From the NCBI GenBank assembly GCA_964016885.1, contig OZ024743.1, positions 290,284,001 to 290,348,000 of the forward strand: a DNA stretch of 64,000 nt, given 5' to 3'. Under the pieces are notes generated by a model. It was not told the origin of the DNA. It made no database searches and saw nothing but the letters and a program-made list of their open reading frames with translations. Shown here piece by piece: positions 1-12,699 of this stretch. Origin of the DNA: Eledone cirrhosa. Lineage: Eukaryota. A program made the translations under genes and the position numbers. How positions within the stretch are numbered: the stretch's first letter is position 1; the number at the start of each line of letters is the position of its first letter.

Positions 1-2607
1 CCATTAAACAGCTTGACAAATATGTTGTGATTGCACGGGAGTGAGGACAGCCATAAATTTGGCACCCTGTCTCTATCAAATGACCCTCCAGGTCCATAAT
101 TGGAGAAGAGTTTATGAGATTTATTGAGTGCTGTCCTTAAGTCCGCTATAGAAATGTCTTCCCACTCCTGTTCTTTTAAATTTGTGTAGAATTTTTCCAG
201 GAGATTAATCCAATCTACATTAGCCTTATATGTCTTCTCATCACTCCAAATCTTACTCCAAAAGTTTTGAATGACTTGGCATTGGGTGAGAACAACCTAT
301 TTTGCCTGTAGAAGTTGTTTCGCTTCTCGAATCTACGAATTCGTTGGGCTTTTACTTGGACATTTTGTTTCAGAGATTCTTTTGTTGAAACTATTGCTTC
401 TCTAGACGACAGTCCATATTTTCTCTTTAGTTTTCTTACCTTCTTGGATGTTATATCATTTACAGAGGTTAACTCTCTCAATAAAATATTTCTCCTCTCA
501 TTACGTCAATCTCCTTTTCGATTCTATTCCTCCAAATTGGTTTACCTCGAAGGTTCTAGTTCTTCTATGATTTCTTTTGTCACAGAATTACCAATCATTA
601 TTTGTTTTCTATTCTGGATTGTATTTGGGACTTTTTGAATTGGTTTTCTATCGTTTATACTAGAATGCCTTACTACTGCAAGCTCATTCAATATTTTTTG
701 CTTTAATTCCTTCATAGTCTCCCTGTGTTCTTCGCAGATGTTTGGTTTTCAATTACTGTTTCTAAGTCCCTCTCCTGGCTATATTTAGCGGTTTCAATAG
801 GGCTTCTCATTTCTACAAACCTATTGGTGATTTTGTCAGTAAAGACTTGTGACTGGTTACTATCTCCAGAAGATTCTTCAGTTCTTTCATCATTTATATT
901 TATGTCATTCTCCACAGCCTGCTTGATCGCAGTTAGTTCAGTGTCTGTGAGTCTATTATTTCTGAAGATATTTGCCAACTTATTTCCATCCATATCACGT
1001 CTGCTAGCTTGATTCCGAGTTTTCCAAATTTTGTAAGAGTTTAAAGTGTGTCTTACATTAAAGTGTGTTTAAAGCATAGTAATATGCATATATTAATTCT
1101 TTATACTCTTCTCGGATCCATTTCCTCCTTTTAGGTTTTTCTTTTTGAGGTGGTTTGGGTGCTGGATTTGGAGGACTCGAGTTGGGGCAAGCCCCCATCA
1201 AATGACCCTCCAGGTCCATAATTGGAGAAGAGTTTGTGCCAGAGGATGACTTTTCGATCTGAGGTTGGCACCTTCCTGAGGGACGCGCTTCCTGATTAAC
1301 CATAGGAAAAGTGGATTGGTATTGTGTATTAATTTTTATTTGTTCAGGTTCAGTACATGCTTGCGTTACGCATGGTATTGGACGTACATGAAAAGTTGCC
1401 CGGCTCTTTGGGTAGTGCATTTGCAGTCTGGCACTGAGATGATTATTACTATCGTAACAGTATAGTTATGGTCATTGCTGTTGTTGATTGAGGTGATATT
1501 GTTATGGTTGCAGCTTTAAGAGGTGTACGAGAATTTTCTCAACTGTTCTTGTGGTGTGAGTGGTGTTGGTGGGGGCTAGGAGATTAATGCTGGGAGTGGG
1601 GGTGCTGGGAGTGGTAGTTGGTAGGGTGACATTGTAGCTTAAATGAGTTGCTTCTCCGGTGTTATTTTTCGTCTATTTTGAGTTTGAGGTGTAAATGGTG
1701 GTGGTGGTGGTGGTGGTGGTGGTGGTGGTGGGGGGGTGCTAGTATTCTCTTTTTTTTCTTCCCCTTTGTTTTGTACTTTGTCTGGGCTTCATACACATAC
1801 ATAAATATACATTCACACGTGCATACTTATACACACGTATGTATAAACACACATATATATATACCCACACATATACCCACTGAGAAGGATAGTAGGTAGT
1901 AGTCAGTGACAGTAGTCTAAAAATAGATTGGGGATTTACTGGTTTGAATATGTGAGGAAGTGGTTGTGAATGAAATGGTGGGAGAGAGAAGTGATCTTTC
2001 AACTGTCCATTTTCCTTTCAAAATCTGAAATTTAGCCACAATCGACCAAAATGTAAAAAAAAAAATTGTATTGAGGAAATATTAAAAAATATATATGCAC
2101 ATTTCACATCTTCAGCCACAGAGATGATTGCATAATAATTAGTCGGACTTTTGATTAAACAGAACTTATCCCCCGAAATAAACAGTGTGTTTTCCGATCT
2201 ATGTCTGTTTCTTTTCTTCAAATAATATGTAAACAGCGATTGTAATGGGTAAATATATGAAAATATTTATGCAGTTCTCACAACTCGTGTCAGATTATTT
2301 GTAGAGATAAGTGGGGAAATAATTTGTCTAATTTTCGAGTTAGGGAATACCAAATTAAACAAAACTCACTCCCCAAAATAAGCACGTGTGTCATCCGATC
2401 TACGACTGTTTCGCTTCTTCAAATAGTTTTTTCAAAGAGCGAACGTCTGTCTATCTGTATGTTTGTTTTTTGCACATTTTTCGTTGTGTTTATAATTCAT
2501 GTATGTGTAATATAGTCAATAGAGTTTGTTACTTACATATATCGTTTTTCTTTTTGGTTTGATTTAAAATTATGAGTAGTGGTGCGGCTGATATTCAGTT
2601 TCTTTCT
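1..2607 (-). mobile_element. R4/Dong-clade non-LTR retrotransposon, 5' portion (UTR plus frameshifted N-terminal ORF running into pre-RT region), family 1
   Basis: ORFs 1058-1420, 712-993 and 215-481 contain R4-type N-terminal motifs (RRKWIREEYKELIYAYY; LKQNVQVKAQRIRRFEKRNNFYRQNRLF) homologous to ORF 7523-8569; EQEWEDIS...DRVPNLWL read at 1-200; UTR boundary approximate. Confidence 0.8.
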
Positions 2608-2627
2608 TTATTTATTTATTTATTTAG

Positions 2628-4165
2628 CTATGGAGCTATAGGACTGCACATTGAGATTATATGATCAATAGTCTCTGGTTGTTTTTTGCATACACTGCAT
2701 AATGGGTTGCATCCATTTTTAATTATGTTGGCTTGGTAATTTTTTGTTGGCTGACACTGATCTTGTGCTGATATAATCAGTCCTTCAGTCTCCGATTTCA
2801 GTCCAGAGGATGGCAACATCAGTATTGTTAGCTCTTTCTGGGTATTTTCCATACAGAGGCACATCTTGCCACTACTTAGCCAGTTTCTGTAGCAGTTCTC
2901 TCTCTGGAGTTACTTTTACCTGCTTTGCTTTTTCTGAGGTTACTACTGGTATGGCAAGCGTGTTTATGTCATCGATCCTATTCCTTGCATTCAATTCCGT
3001 TCTTAAGATTGTTCTTACTCTGCGGTAACATCCCTTCATTATCCTTTCGCTCATTGTCGAGTGCTTCATTCAGTCTCCTTCACAAACACCTAGATATTTG
3101 TAAGTTTCCTATTGATCAAGTTCTCTTATCATATTCCCCCGATCAAGATTAATGTCTGAACTTTTCAGCAGCTTTCCTCTTGTGAACGTTGCTTTGGCGC
3201 ATTTATCTAGTCCAAACTCCACATTAATGTCATCACTGAACTGCTCCACAGTGGATAATAACCCTTGCAATTGCTCATCATTTTTTGCAAATAGTTTCAG
3301 GTCACCCATGTAGAACAAGTGATTAATGGTTTTGTCATAGACTTTATATCCATGTTTTGTTTCATTGAGCATTTTACTTAATGGTATAAGTGCGATGCTG
3401 AATAAAAGCGGCGATAAAGAGTCACCCTGAAAAATTCCACAATTGATATTAACTTCTCCAGCTTCCAGTGATTTTTTTTTCACTATTCAAAAGGAGTGTC
3501 GTTTTCCATGTCTTCATACTGAATGACAGGAACCTCCTGACAACGGGAGATATTTTGAAAATTTATAAACATTTTTCAATCCAATTGTGTGGCAAACTAT
3601 CGAATGCTTTTTTATAATCTATCCAAGCAATCGATAGATTTTTGTGTCTATTATGACAATCTTCCAGTATCATTTTGTTAACCAAAAATGAGCCTCGTTT
3701 ACACCCTTTCTGCTCGTTGGGAAATAGGTCATTTGTTATCAGGTGGTTATATGTATATTCAGTTAGGACTAATGTTAACATTTTATACATTGTGGTCAAG
3801 CAAGTTATCGGTCTGTAATTTTTGGGATTGTTTGTCTCATCATTCTTCGGAAGCAGGAATGTAATGCCGTTAACTAGCCATGATGGTACATTTTCTGGCT
3901 CCTTAACTATTTCATTGTAAAGTTGGTCTAACAGCTCATGAGACTTTGTGAAGGCATTTATCAAAACATTTGGTATTTTGAAGTTTCCTGGGGATTTCCA
4001 TTTGCTGGTTTTTCTAAGAGCCAAACTCAACTGTTCAACTGTTATATTTTCCCATATTTGTTCCTGAAGGTGAGCTGTATCTTTCAATTGTCTGTATATC
4101 CATGGGGCATGTATATTATGAACATGTTCTTCGATCCAGATCTTTTCCCAGAATTCTTGCACTTC
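2628..4165 (-). mobile_element. R4/Dong-clade RT fragment, family 2 (degraded, internally deleted, ends after the CCHC knuckle)
   Basis: ORFs 3563-4162 ([27 protein letters not shown]), 3109-3483 ([24 protein letters not shown]) and 2628-2864 (ETEGLIISAQDQ, CSVC..ETIDHIISMC). Confidence 0.9.
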
Positions 4166-4179
4166 TTCTTATTATTATT

Positions 4180-5058
4180 GTTCTTTGAGTCTCAGTCATT
4201 GATGTTATTTAACTGGAAAGTTTGTTGAAATGAATATCAAGCCACTACCTGCAGCCTCAGATATTCAGGACGCATGCCTTTTGAGGCGTTCCAAAATACT
4301 TGTATCCTTCTTCAGTGTCAATTTCCTTTATCATCTCACATGTTGGTACCTGGATTCCGTTGCTTATGCTCAATTTACCCCTCTTCATCACAAGGTGTCT
4401 GCACTTACTAATACCAAATTGCATACATATATCGTTGCTGAAAATACGGACAGTTTCAACAAGCACATCCAACTCCTTCTCACTCTTCCCGAAGAGCTTA
4501 AGATCGTCCATGAAGAGGAGGTGATTGATGGTAAGCTCTCCCTTTCCCAACCTGTATCCTGCTCTCACTTTTCGCATTATAATGGTCAGGGGCAACAGGG
4601 CAAGGACAAACAACAGAGGGGACAGACTATCTCCATGGAAGATACCTCTCTTGATCTTCACGCCTCCCAAGGATTTTCCAGCTGATGTTAATTCTGTTTT
4701 CCAGGACTTCAAACGTTTCCCCAACAACTGTCTGATTTTATCTGCCACCTTGAAGATCTCTAGGCTTTTGGTGATCCAAGAATGAGGCACCATGTCAAAT
4801 GCCTTTTTGTAGTCTATCCATCCCATGGCAAGACCAGTGTGTCTCCTCTTGCAATTCCTCATTACCATCTTATCAATAAATAACTGGTCCTTTGTACCAC
4901 GAGACATCTTTCGGCACCATTTCTGTTCGTCCGGTAACAAGTTGTTTGTGTGTAGGTGATGGTAGATTTCCTCAGACATAATGCTTGTCAACTGTTTCCA
5001 CATTACGGACAGACATGTGATAGGTCTATAGTTGGTAACATCATTACCCTTGATTCGG

Positions 5059-5061
<3 letters not shown>
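4180..5061 (-). mobile_element. R4/Dong family 3, copy C1: 5'-truncated, RT retained, thumb/knuckle/RLE region deleted
   Basis: ORF 4257-5003 closely matches 6223-7150; at about 4295 it jumps to the 3' end ([11 protein letters not shown]) across CCAAA microhomology; same 3' UTR as 5100 and 9710. Confidence 0.92.
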
Positions 5062-5090
<29 letters not shown>

Positions 5091-5091
5091 G

Positions 5092-8000
5092 TTGTTGTTA
5101 TTCCTTGAATCTCAGTCATTGATGTTGGTTAACTGGAAAGTCCGTTGGAATGAATATCAAGCCACTACCTGCAGCCTCAGATATTCAGGACGTATCGGAG
5201 GGTTCTTGCTGTTCCCAGCAAGCATGCCTTTTGAAGCGTTCCAAAAAGCGTGAAGGGGCCGATTTTCTTTAACCATCCCTGGAATCTTTTGGAGATAGTC
5301 CCCAGTGCGCCTATGACAATCGGGATCACTTTGACTTCATGGCAGTTCCAAATCCTTTTCACCTCCCACTTTAGGTCCTGGTATCGGTTAATTTTCTCCC
5401 TCTCCTTCTCTTGCACTCTCGTGTCGAAAGGGCAGGCCACATCCACAATCAGACACGATCTTTTTTCTTTGTCCACAACCACCAGGTCAGGTCTATTGTG
5501 TTCCAGTTTTTTGTCCGTCTGTATCCTAAAATCCCACAGCACCTTCACCTGATTGTTCTCCATCACCGCCTCTGGCCTATGCTCATACCATTTCTCAGAA
5601 TGTGGTAAATTGTTTACTTTGCACAGGTGCCAGTGGATCACCCTGTCCATCACATCGTGTCTCCAGCCCTTATAGTGGGTCTGGGCTAGGTGTTTACACT
5701 CGGACACAATGTGAGCCACAGTCTCCTCTCTCTCTCCACAGATCCTGCACAGTGGGCTAGCCTCCTTCTTGTAAATATGGTGCTTCAACCACTTCGTTTT
5801 GAGGGCCTGCTCCTGCGCAGCCATTAGCATTCCTTCTGTAGCCTTTTTGAGGTCTCCTCTTCTCAACCAGTTCCATGTCTCTGGATCTCTAAATTCAGTT
5901 TTCTCAAAGAAGGTACTATGAAGGGATTTTCCCTTAAGGCTGCTCTTCCTCCTTGATGTTATTTCCTCCTTGGACATCCCCTGGCCTACTGTCCCCTCCT
6001 TCAGTACAGTTCTGAGCATTGGCTCCTTACTATAGGTCACGTATTTGTATAGGTTGTTTTTCTCCATCTGAACACAGTCCTCTATGCTGATAAGACCTCT
6101 TCCACCCTCAGATCGCCTTAGGTAGAGTCTATCGACATCACTCCTCTTGTGGAACATGTTGTAGATAGTCAATAGCTTCCTAGTCTTCCTATCCATTTCT
6201 TTTTGTTCAGCAACATTCCATCTCAGAATTCCCGCACTGTACCTAATAATAGACACAGCTCGGGATTTACTGCGCCTATGGCATTCCTACTGTTCAGATG
6301 TGAATTTAATACGCTCCTTACTATCCGAATGTATTCAGTTCTTAACAATTCCTTCATTTTTTTGTTCTTTATGCCATCAGCCTCCAGAACGCCCAAATAC
6401 TTGTATCCTTCCTCAGAGTCAATTTCCTTTATCATCTCACCTGTTGGTATCTGGATCCCGTTACATCTGCTCAACCTACCCATCCTCATCACAATGACTC
6501 CACATTTACTAATACCATACTGCATACATATATCACTGCTGAAAATACGGACAGTGTCAACAAGCACATCCAACTCCTTCTCACTTTTCCCGAAGAGCTT
6601 AAGATCGTCCATGAAGAGGAGGTGATTGATGATAAGCTCTCCCTTTCCCAACTTGTATCCTGCTCTCACTTTTCGCAGCATAATGGTCAAGGGCATCAGG
6701 GCAAGGACAAACAACAGAGGGGGCAGGCTATCTCCCTGGAAGATACCTCTCTTGATCTTCACGCTTCCCAAGGATACTCCAGTTGATGTCAACTCTGTCT
6801 CCCAGGACCCCATACTCCTGCCCAGCAACTGTCTGATGTTATCTGCCACCCTGAAGATCTCCAGGCTTTTGGTGATCCAAGAATGGGGCACCATGTCAAA
6901 TGCCTTTCTGTAGTCTATCCATCCCATGGCAAGATCAGTGTGTCTCCTCCTGCAATTCCCCATTACCATCTTATTAATAAGTAACTGGTCCTTTGTACCA
7001 CGTGACTTCTTTCAGCATCCTTTCTGTTCGTCCGGTAACAAGTTGTTTGTGTGGAGGTGATGGTAGATTTCCTCAGACACAATGCTCGTCAACAGTTTCC
7101 ACATTACGGACAGACATGTGATAGGTCTATAGTTGGTAACATCATTACCCTTGATTCGGTCTTTCATTATCAGAACTGTGGTACCTTTTGTCAACCACTC
7201 TGGCACCTCACCCGACACCAAGCAGTCATTGAACATGGCCGTCAGCTTCGGGTGGAGGGATGTTAAGTTTTTAATCCAATACCCCTGCACAACATCTGGG
7301 CCTGGTGATTTCCAGTTGGTTAGTTTTTTGGCCTGCCCCTTAAGAGTTTCAACTGTGATACTCAAATCAGTTTGTTGGTGTGCCTGCTCACCGATCTCCC
7401 TCTGTACTGTCTCAATCCACCCTGCCTGGACATTATGTCTAACATCCTGCTCCCATATTCCTCTCCAGAATGTTTTAGTTTGCTCCGCCCCAGGGATCAA
7501 GTCGTTGCCTCTTTCTTTCCCCTCAAGCTGTCCAAACAGAATTCTTCTGGTTGTTGTCGAACATGCGGTTCTGTTTATACTGACTGACTCTGTTCTCGTA
7601 TCGCCTGATTTTTGCACTCTTTGCTACAATGCGTTGCTTCAGTTCCTCTATGATAATATTTAGCTTTTTCCTCCTAGTTTTGTACTTCATTTCCAGTCTA
7701 TTTTTAGTGCCTATGTTTTTTAGTGTCCCATTCAGTAGTGACTCAAGGTTTCCTATGTCATTTCTCATTTCCCCGATTTGACCACTCAGTCGTTTCTTCC
7801 ACCACGGCTCTGCTCTTTCTTGTCTGTTGTTTCCTTTCGCTTTTATACCAAGTAGTTTCCTCACCGTATTTGCTGTTGCTTTGAGGATATTGTTGCACTG
7901 GTGAAGGCTCCTCGCCTCAAAGTATGGGATGACTTTGTTTACCTTAGCTGTTGTTTCTTTTAACTTTTTCCTGTCTACAAATCTTAGGTTCATAGGTCTC

Positions 8001-9633
8001 CCACTATCATTGTTCAATTCATCTACCACTAAATTTAGGATGTCAACCGAATCTTGTCCTAGCCCGTCAGCATTCATCTCCTCAGAGGCCGTATTTCTGT
8101 TCCAGGTATTATTTATCTCAGTATTCAGATCATTGTCTGCTTCGGATGGTTCCTCCGTTCTCAGGACCTCTTCACCTTCATTTCCCACTGGCTCGCTTGT
8201 CTGGCATACTACACCCGCCATCTCCAAGCCATTATCTCTGCTCAGTTCCTCCAGTTCCAGCTCGCTTATCCACCCATTAGTTCTTATTACCCGAGCCTGC
8301 CCGGCCAATTTTTGTTCATCTAATTTAAATAGACCAATCTCGTTCCAGATGTTATGCATCCGTCTCCTGTAGCCCCTCTCCTTGGGGTTACTTTTCAGGT
8401 AACATTGCATAACAGTTCTATTCAATTCTTTCGTCCAGTTGGTTCTGGCCCCTTTCCTTCTTCTTCTTCCTCCAACATCAGCAGTATTTGGTTGACAGTC
8501 AGGTTCCTGCTGCTGAGCCAGGGGGCACCTGTTGGGTGAGAGTCTGTCACATGACGTTCTAGTCTCCATTTCACCGTTATTCGAACTGTTTATGTTCGAT
8601 ATTTAAACACTCTTATCGAGGATTGGCGAATGTATGGTTACATAGCTATCTATGGATTCGCCGTTCCACTTGGCCCTTGTGTGGCATTATCACCACGCTG
8701 TATACGAACACACATAAACAAACAAACACACAGGCAGAAAGGGCCCCAACAATGAATAAGCATAAGTTTCATTGTAATGTAGTGTTCGAATGTCTGACTT
8801 AGTTTTTGTTTTTTTAGTTTTAGTTTTTCCCCCCTCTTCTCTGTCCGTCCGCCTGCTTCTCTCTTCATTCTTATTTTCTTTACGTTTTTTGTTTTTTTTT
8901 GTTTTTGTTTATCTCTGTTTGTTTTTCTCGTTTTTTGCTGTTGTTGCTGTTTTGCTTTGGTTTTGTTGTTGTTTTTTCTTTTTTCTTTTGAGTCTATCTA
9001 TATATGTTGATGCCTTCCTCTTTTTTAGTAGTAGGAATTCTATAATGTGGTGGCAGCAGCCAGCTGGTAGAAGTAGGTGGCTGGCGGCGGTAGCGATACT
9101 GAGACAGTGGTGGTGGTGATGTCGATACCGAGGCAGTGGTGGTCAGTGAAGGAGTGAAGAGTGGTGGCGGCGGTGATGGGATAGTGGTGGTAATGATGGC
9201 AGTAGTGAGCGGTGGTGGTGAAATTGCCGTTATCTGGCTGTTGTGTTTAGTGTACACAGGTGATGAGGTGGGTGGTGTATCTAGTTTCTGGTGTTGGTGT
9301 GTTTGGCTGTTCTATATAGTGTATCTAGTTTCTGGTGTTGGTGCGTTTGGCTGTTCTATATAGTGTAGACAGAGGAGAGGAGGGGGGGGTTCTTCTTCCA
9401 TTTATAGCCATTTTCTTTTTTGGATATACAGTGTACAATACAAAGTTGAATATTTGAATATTTGAGCCTTATAACAATATATTTTGGGTCCGAATTTTTT
9501 TGGGCTCAAGCCGGGTGCTTTACGTAGCATTTGTACTAAGAGTTGTTATTTCACAAATGATTTAAATATGTTAAAAATTCAAAACTTACGGGAGCGATTT
9601 CATGACCTCCGCCACCTCGTGCGTCTTCTTCCC
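5092..9633 (-). mobile_element. Near full-length R4/Dong-clade non-LTR retrotransposon (RT + CCHC + restriction-like endonuclease), family 3, copy C2
   Basis: Single ORF broken into 7523-8569, 7012-7617, 6223-6969 and 5177-6256; RT motifs QGDSL and FMDD; knuckle CRICGEREETVAHIVSEC; RHD; RLE motif RPDLVVVD..IVDVACP..EREKINRY; flanked on both sides by (TAA)n; 5' terminus GGGAAGAAGACGCAC shared with C3. Confidence 0.95.
5177..8569 (-). pseudogene. Disrupted RT-RLE polyprotein ORF of copy C2 (two frameshifts and one CGA>TGA stop at 7012)
   Basis: Adjacent ORFs are collinear; C1 has CGA (Arg) where C2 has TGA. Confidence 0.9.

Positions 9634-9690
<57 letters not shown>
9634..9690. repeat. (TAA)n/(TTA)n microsatellite, Dong target; similar tracts at 4169-4179, 5061-5090 and about 12670-12700
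   Basis: Seen directly, each lying between consecutive elements. Confidence 0.95.
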
Positions 9691-9706
9691 GGTTCTTGTT
9701 GTTATT

Positions 9707-12662
9707 ACTCTTTGAATCTCAGTCATTGATGTTAGTTAACTGGAAAGTTTGTTGAAATGAATATCAAGCCACTACCTGCAGCCTCAGATATTCAGAACGT
9801 ATCGGAGGGTTCTTGCTGTTCCCAGCAAGCATGCCTTTTGAAGCGTTCCAAAAAGCGTGAAGGCGCCACTTTTCTTTAACCATCCCTGGAAACTTTTTGA
9901 GATAGTCCCTAGTGCGCCTATGACAATCGGGATCACTTTGACTTCATGGCAGTTTCAAATCATTTTTACCTCCCACTTTAAGTCCTGGTATCGGTTAATT
10001 TTCTCCCTCTCCTTCTCTTGCACTCTTGTGTCGAATGGGCAGGCCACATCCACAATCAGGCACGATCTTTTTTCTTTGTCCACAACCACCAGGTCAGGTC
10101 TATTGTGTTCCAGTTTCTTGTCCGTCTGTATCCTAAAATCCCACAGCACCTTCACCTGGTCGTTTTCCATCACCGCCTCTGGCTTATGCTCATACCACTT
10201 CTCCGAATGTGGTAAATTGTTTACTTTTCATAGATGCCAGTGGATCACCCTGCCTATCACATCATGTCTCCAGCCCTTATAGTGAGTCTGGGCTAGGTGT
10301 TTACACTCGGATACAATGTGAGCCACAGTCTCCTCTCTCTCTCCACAGATCCTGCACAGTGGGCTAACCTCCTCCTTGTAAATATGGTGTTTCAACCACT
10401 TCGTTTTGAGGACCTGCTCCTGCGCAGCCATTAACATTCCTTCTGTAGCCTTTTTAAGGTCTCATCTTTTCAACCAGTTCCATGTCTGTGGATCTCTAAA
10501 TTCAGTTTTCTCAAAGAAGGTACTATGAAGGGATTTTTCCTGAAGTCTGCTCTTTCTCCTTGATGTTATTTCCTCCTTGGACATCCCCTGGCCTATTTCC
10601 CCTCCTTCAGTACAGTTCTAAGCATTGGCTCCTTACTATCAATTACGTATTTGTGTAGGTTGTTTTTCTCCATCTGAGCACATTCCTTTATGCTGATAAG
10701 ACCTCTTCCACCCTCAGATCTCCTTAAGTAGAGTCTATCGACATCACTCCTCTTGTGGAACATGTTGTAGATAGTCAATAGCTTCCTAGTCTTCCTATCC
10801 ATTTCTTTTTGTTCAGCAACATTCCATCTCAGAATTCCCGCACTGTACCTAATAATAGACACAGCTCGGGAATTTACTGCACTGATGACATTCCTACTGT
10901 TCAGATGTGATTTTAATACGCTCCTTACTCTCCGAATATATTCAGTTCTTATCAAGTCCTTCATTTTTTTGTTCTTGATGTCATGAGCCTCCAGAACGCC
11001 CAAATACTTGTATCCTTCTTCAGAGTCAATTTCCTTTATCATCTCACTTGGTTCTGGTCCCTTTCCTTCTTCTTCTTCCTCCGACACCAGCAGTATTTGG
11101 TTGACAGCGAGGTCCCTGCTGCTGAGCCAGGGAGCACCTGTTGGGTGAGAGTCTGTCAGATGATATTCTAGTCTCCATTTCACCGTTATTCGAACTGTTT
11201 AGTTTCGACATTTAAACACTCTTATCGTGGATTGGCGAATGTATGGTTACATAACCACCGGTGAATTCATCGCCCTCGGTGGTTTTGTCACTCCACGTGA
11301 TTTTTGTGTGGCATTATCACGCTGTAGACGAACAAAAATAAACAAACAAAGAAACAGGCAACCCCCCCCCCCCCCCCAAAAAAAAAATGAATAAGCATAA
11401 GCATAAGTTTCATTGTAATGTAGTGTTTGAACGTCTGACTTAGTTTTTCCCTTCCATTTTCTGTCCGTCTGTTTTTCTTTTCATTTTTTATTTCTTTACG
11501 TTTTTCGTTGTTGCTGTGCTGCTTTGATTTTGATTTTTGTTTTTTTGATTTTGACCGGGTCATCAATTCAGTCTATTTATATATTTTGATGCATTCCTCT
11601 TTTAGTGGGGATTCTACAATGTAGCAGGGGGTAACTGGAGAGAATAGCGGCGGTAGTGATAATGAGGCAGTGGTGGTGGTGGTGGTGGCGGTGCTGTGCT
11701 AGCAGCAACTAGCAGGAGGTAATGGGAGAGAATAGCGCCGGTAGCGATAATGAGGCAGTGGTGGTGGTGATGTGATCGTATTACTGTAGTGATGGTGTTG
11801 AAGTTGGAGTAGAAATTGCAGTTGAGTCGACTTGACCAGAGTTTTCATCGTGGTAGTGGTGGTGGTGTTGGTGGTGAAATTATCTTTAGTTATTTAGTCA
11901 TTTTGTCATTTTCCTCCTTTTCGACTCTAACATTCCTGATCCAAAATTAAATATTAATCTTGTTTATTAATATTGTCTAGTGATACCGCCATCTTCCCCT
12001 TTCGTAAGTTAACAGAACGTAATGGGGGGATAGCGGTGGTAGCAATGAAGGAGTGGTGGTGGCGGTGATGGGATAGTGGTAGTAATGATTGATGGGCGGG
12101 GGCGGCGCTGACTGTAGTGATGGCGTTGTCGTTACTGACTTTTGTTGAATAGACTGTATTTTTGTTTGATCGGTGAATCTATGGGGTTAGTCGCGTATAT
12201 GTGTTGACATATTTTTCCGTAATATTGGAATTAAACATTTTGTTAAAACTTGAGACAATAATAATAGTAGTAATTATTATTATTATGCTGAGATTGGTGG
12301 TGGTGGTGGTAGTGAAATTGCCGTTATCTGGCTGTTCTGTTTAGTGTACACAGAGGAGTGATGGGGTAGGTGGTGTATCTAGTTTCTGGTGTTGGTAAAA
12401 TTGCTGTTATTTGGCTGTTCTATATAGTGTAGACAGAGGGGGTTTTCTTCCATTTATAACATTTTTTTTTTTTAATATAAAATGTATAATACAAAATTGA
12501 ATATTTGAGCGATATAACAATATATTTTGGGACCCAAGCCGGATGTTTTATGTATCATTTGTACTAAGAATTGTTATTTCACCATTGATTTAAATATGTT
12601 AAAAATCAAAACTTACGGGAGCGATTTCACGACCTTCTATCCACCATGTGCGTCTTCTTCCC
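9707..12662 (-). mobile_element. R4/Dong family 3, copy C3: both termini present, about 2 kb including the RT core deleted
   Basis: 9707-11047 matches about 5100-6440; 11048 onward matches 8439 onward; 5' region has internal duplications; flanked by (TAA)n. Confidence 0.92.
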
Positions 12663-12699
12663 TATATATTTATTATCATTATTATTATTATTATTATCA

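Noticed and set aside
7012-7014. In-frame TGA in the Dong RT (also TGA at about 29210 in PLE-2) as recoding
   Set aside because: Paralogous copies have Arg at these positions; ordinary point decay
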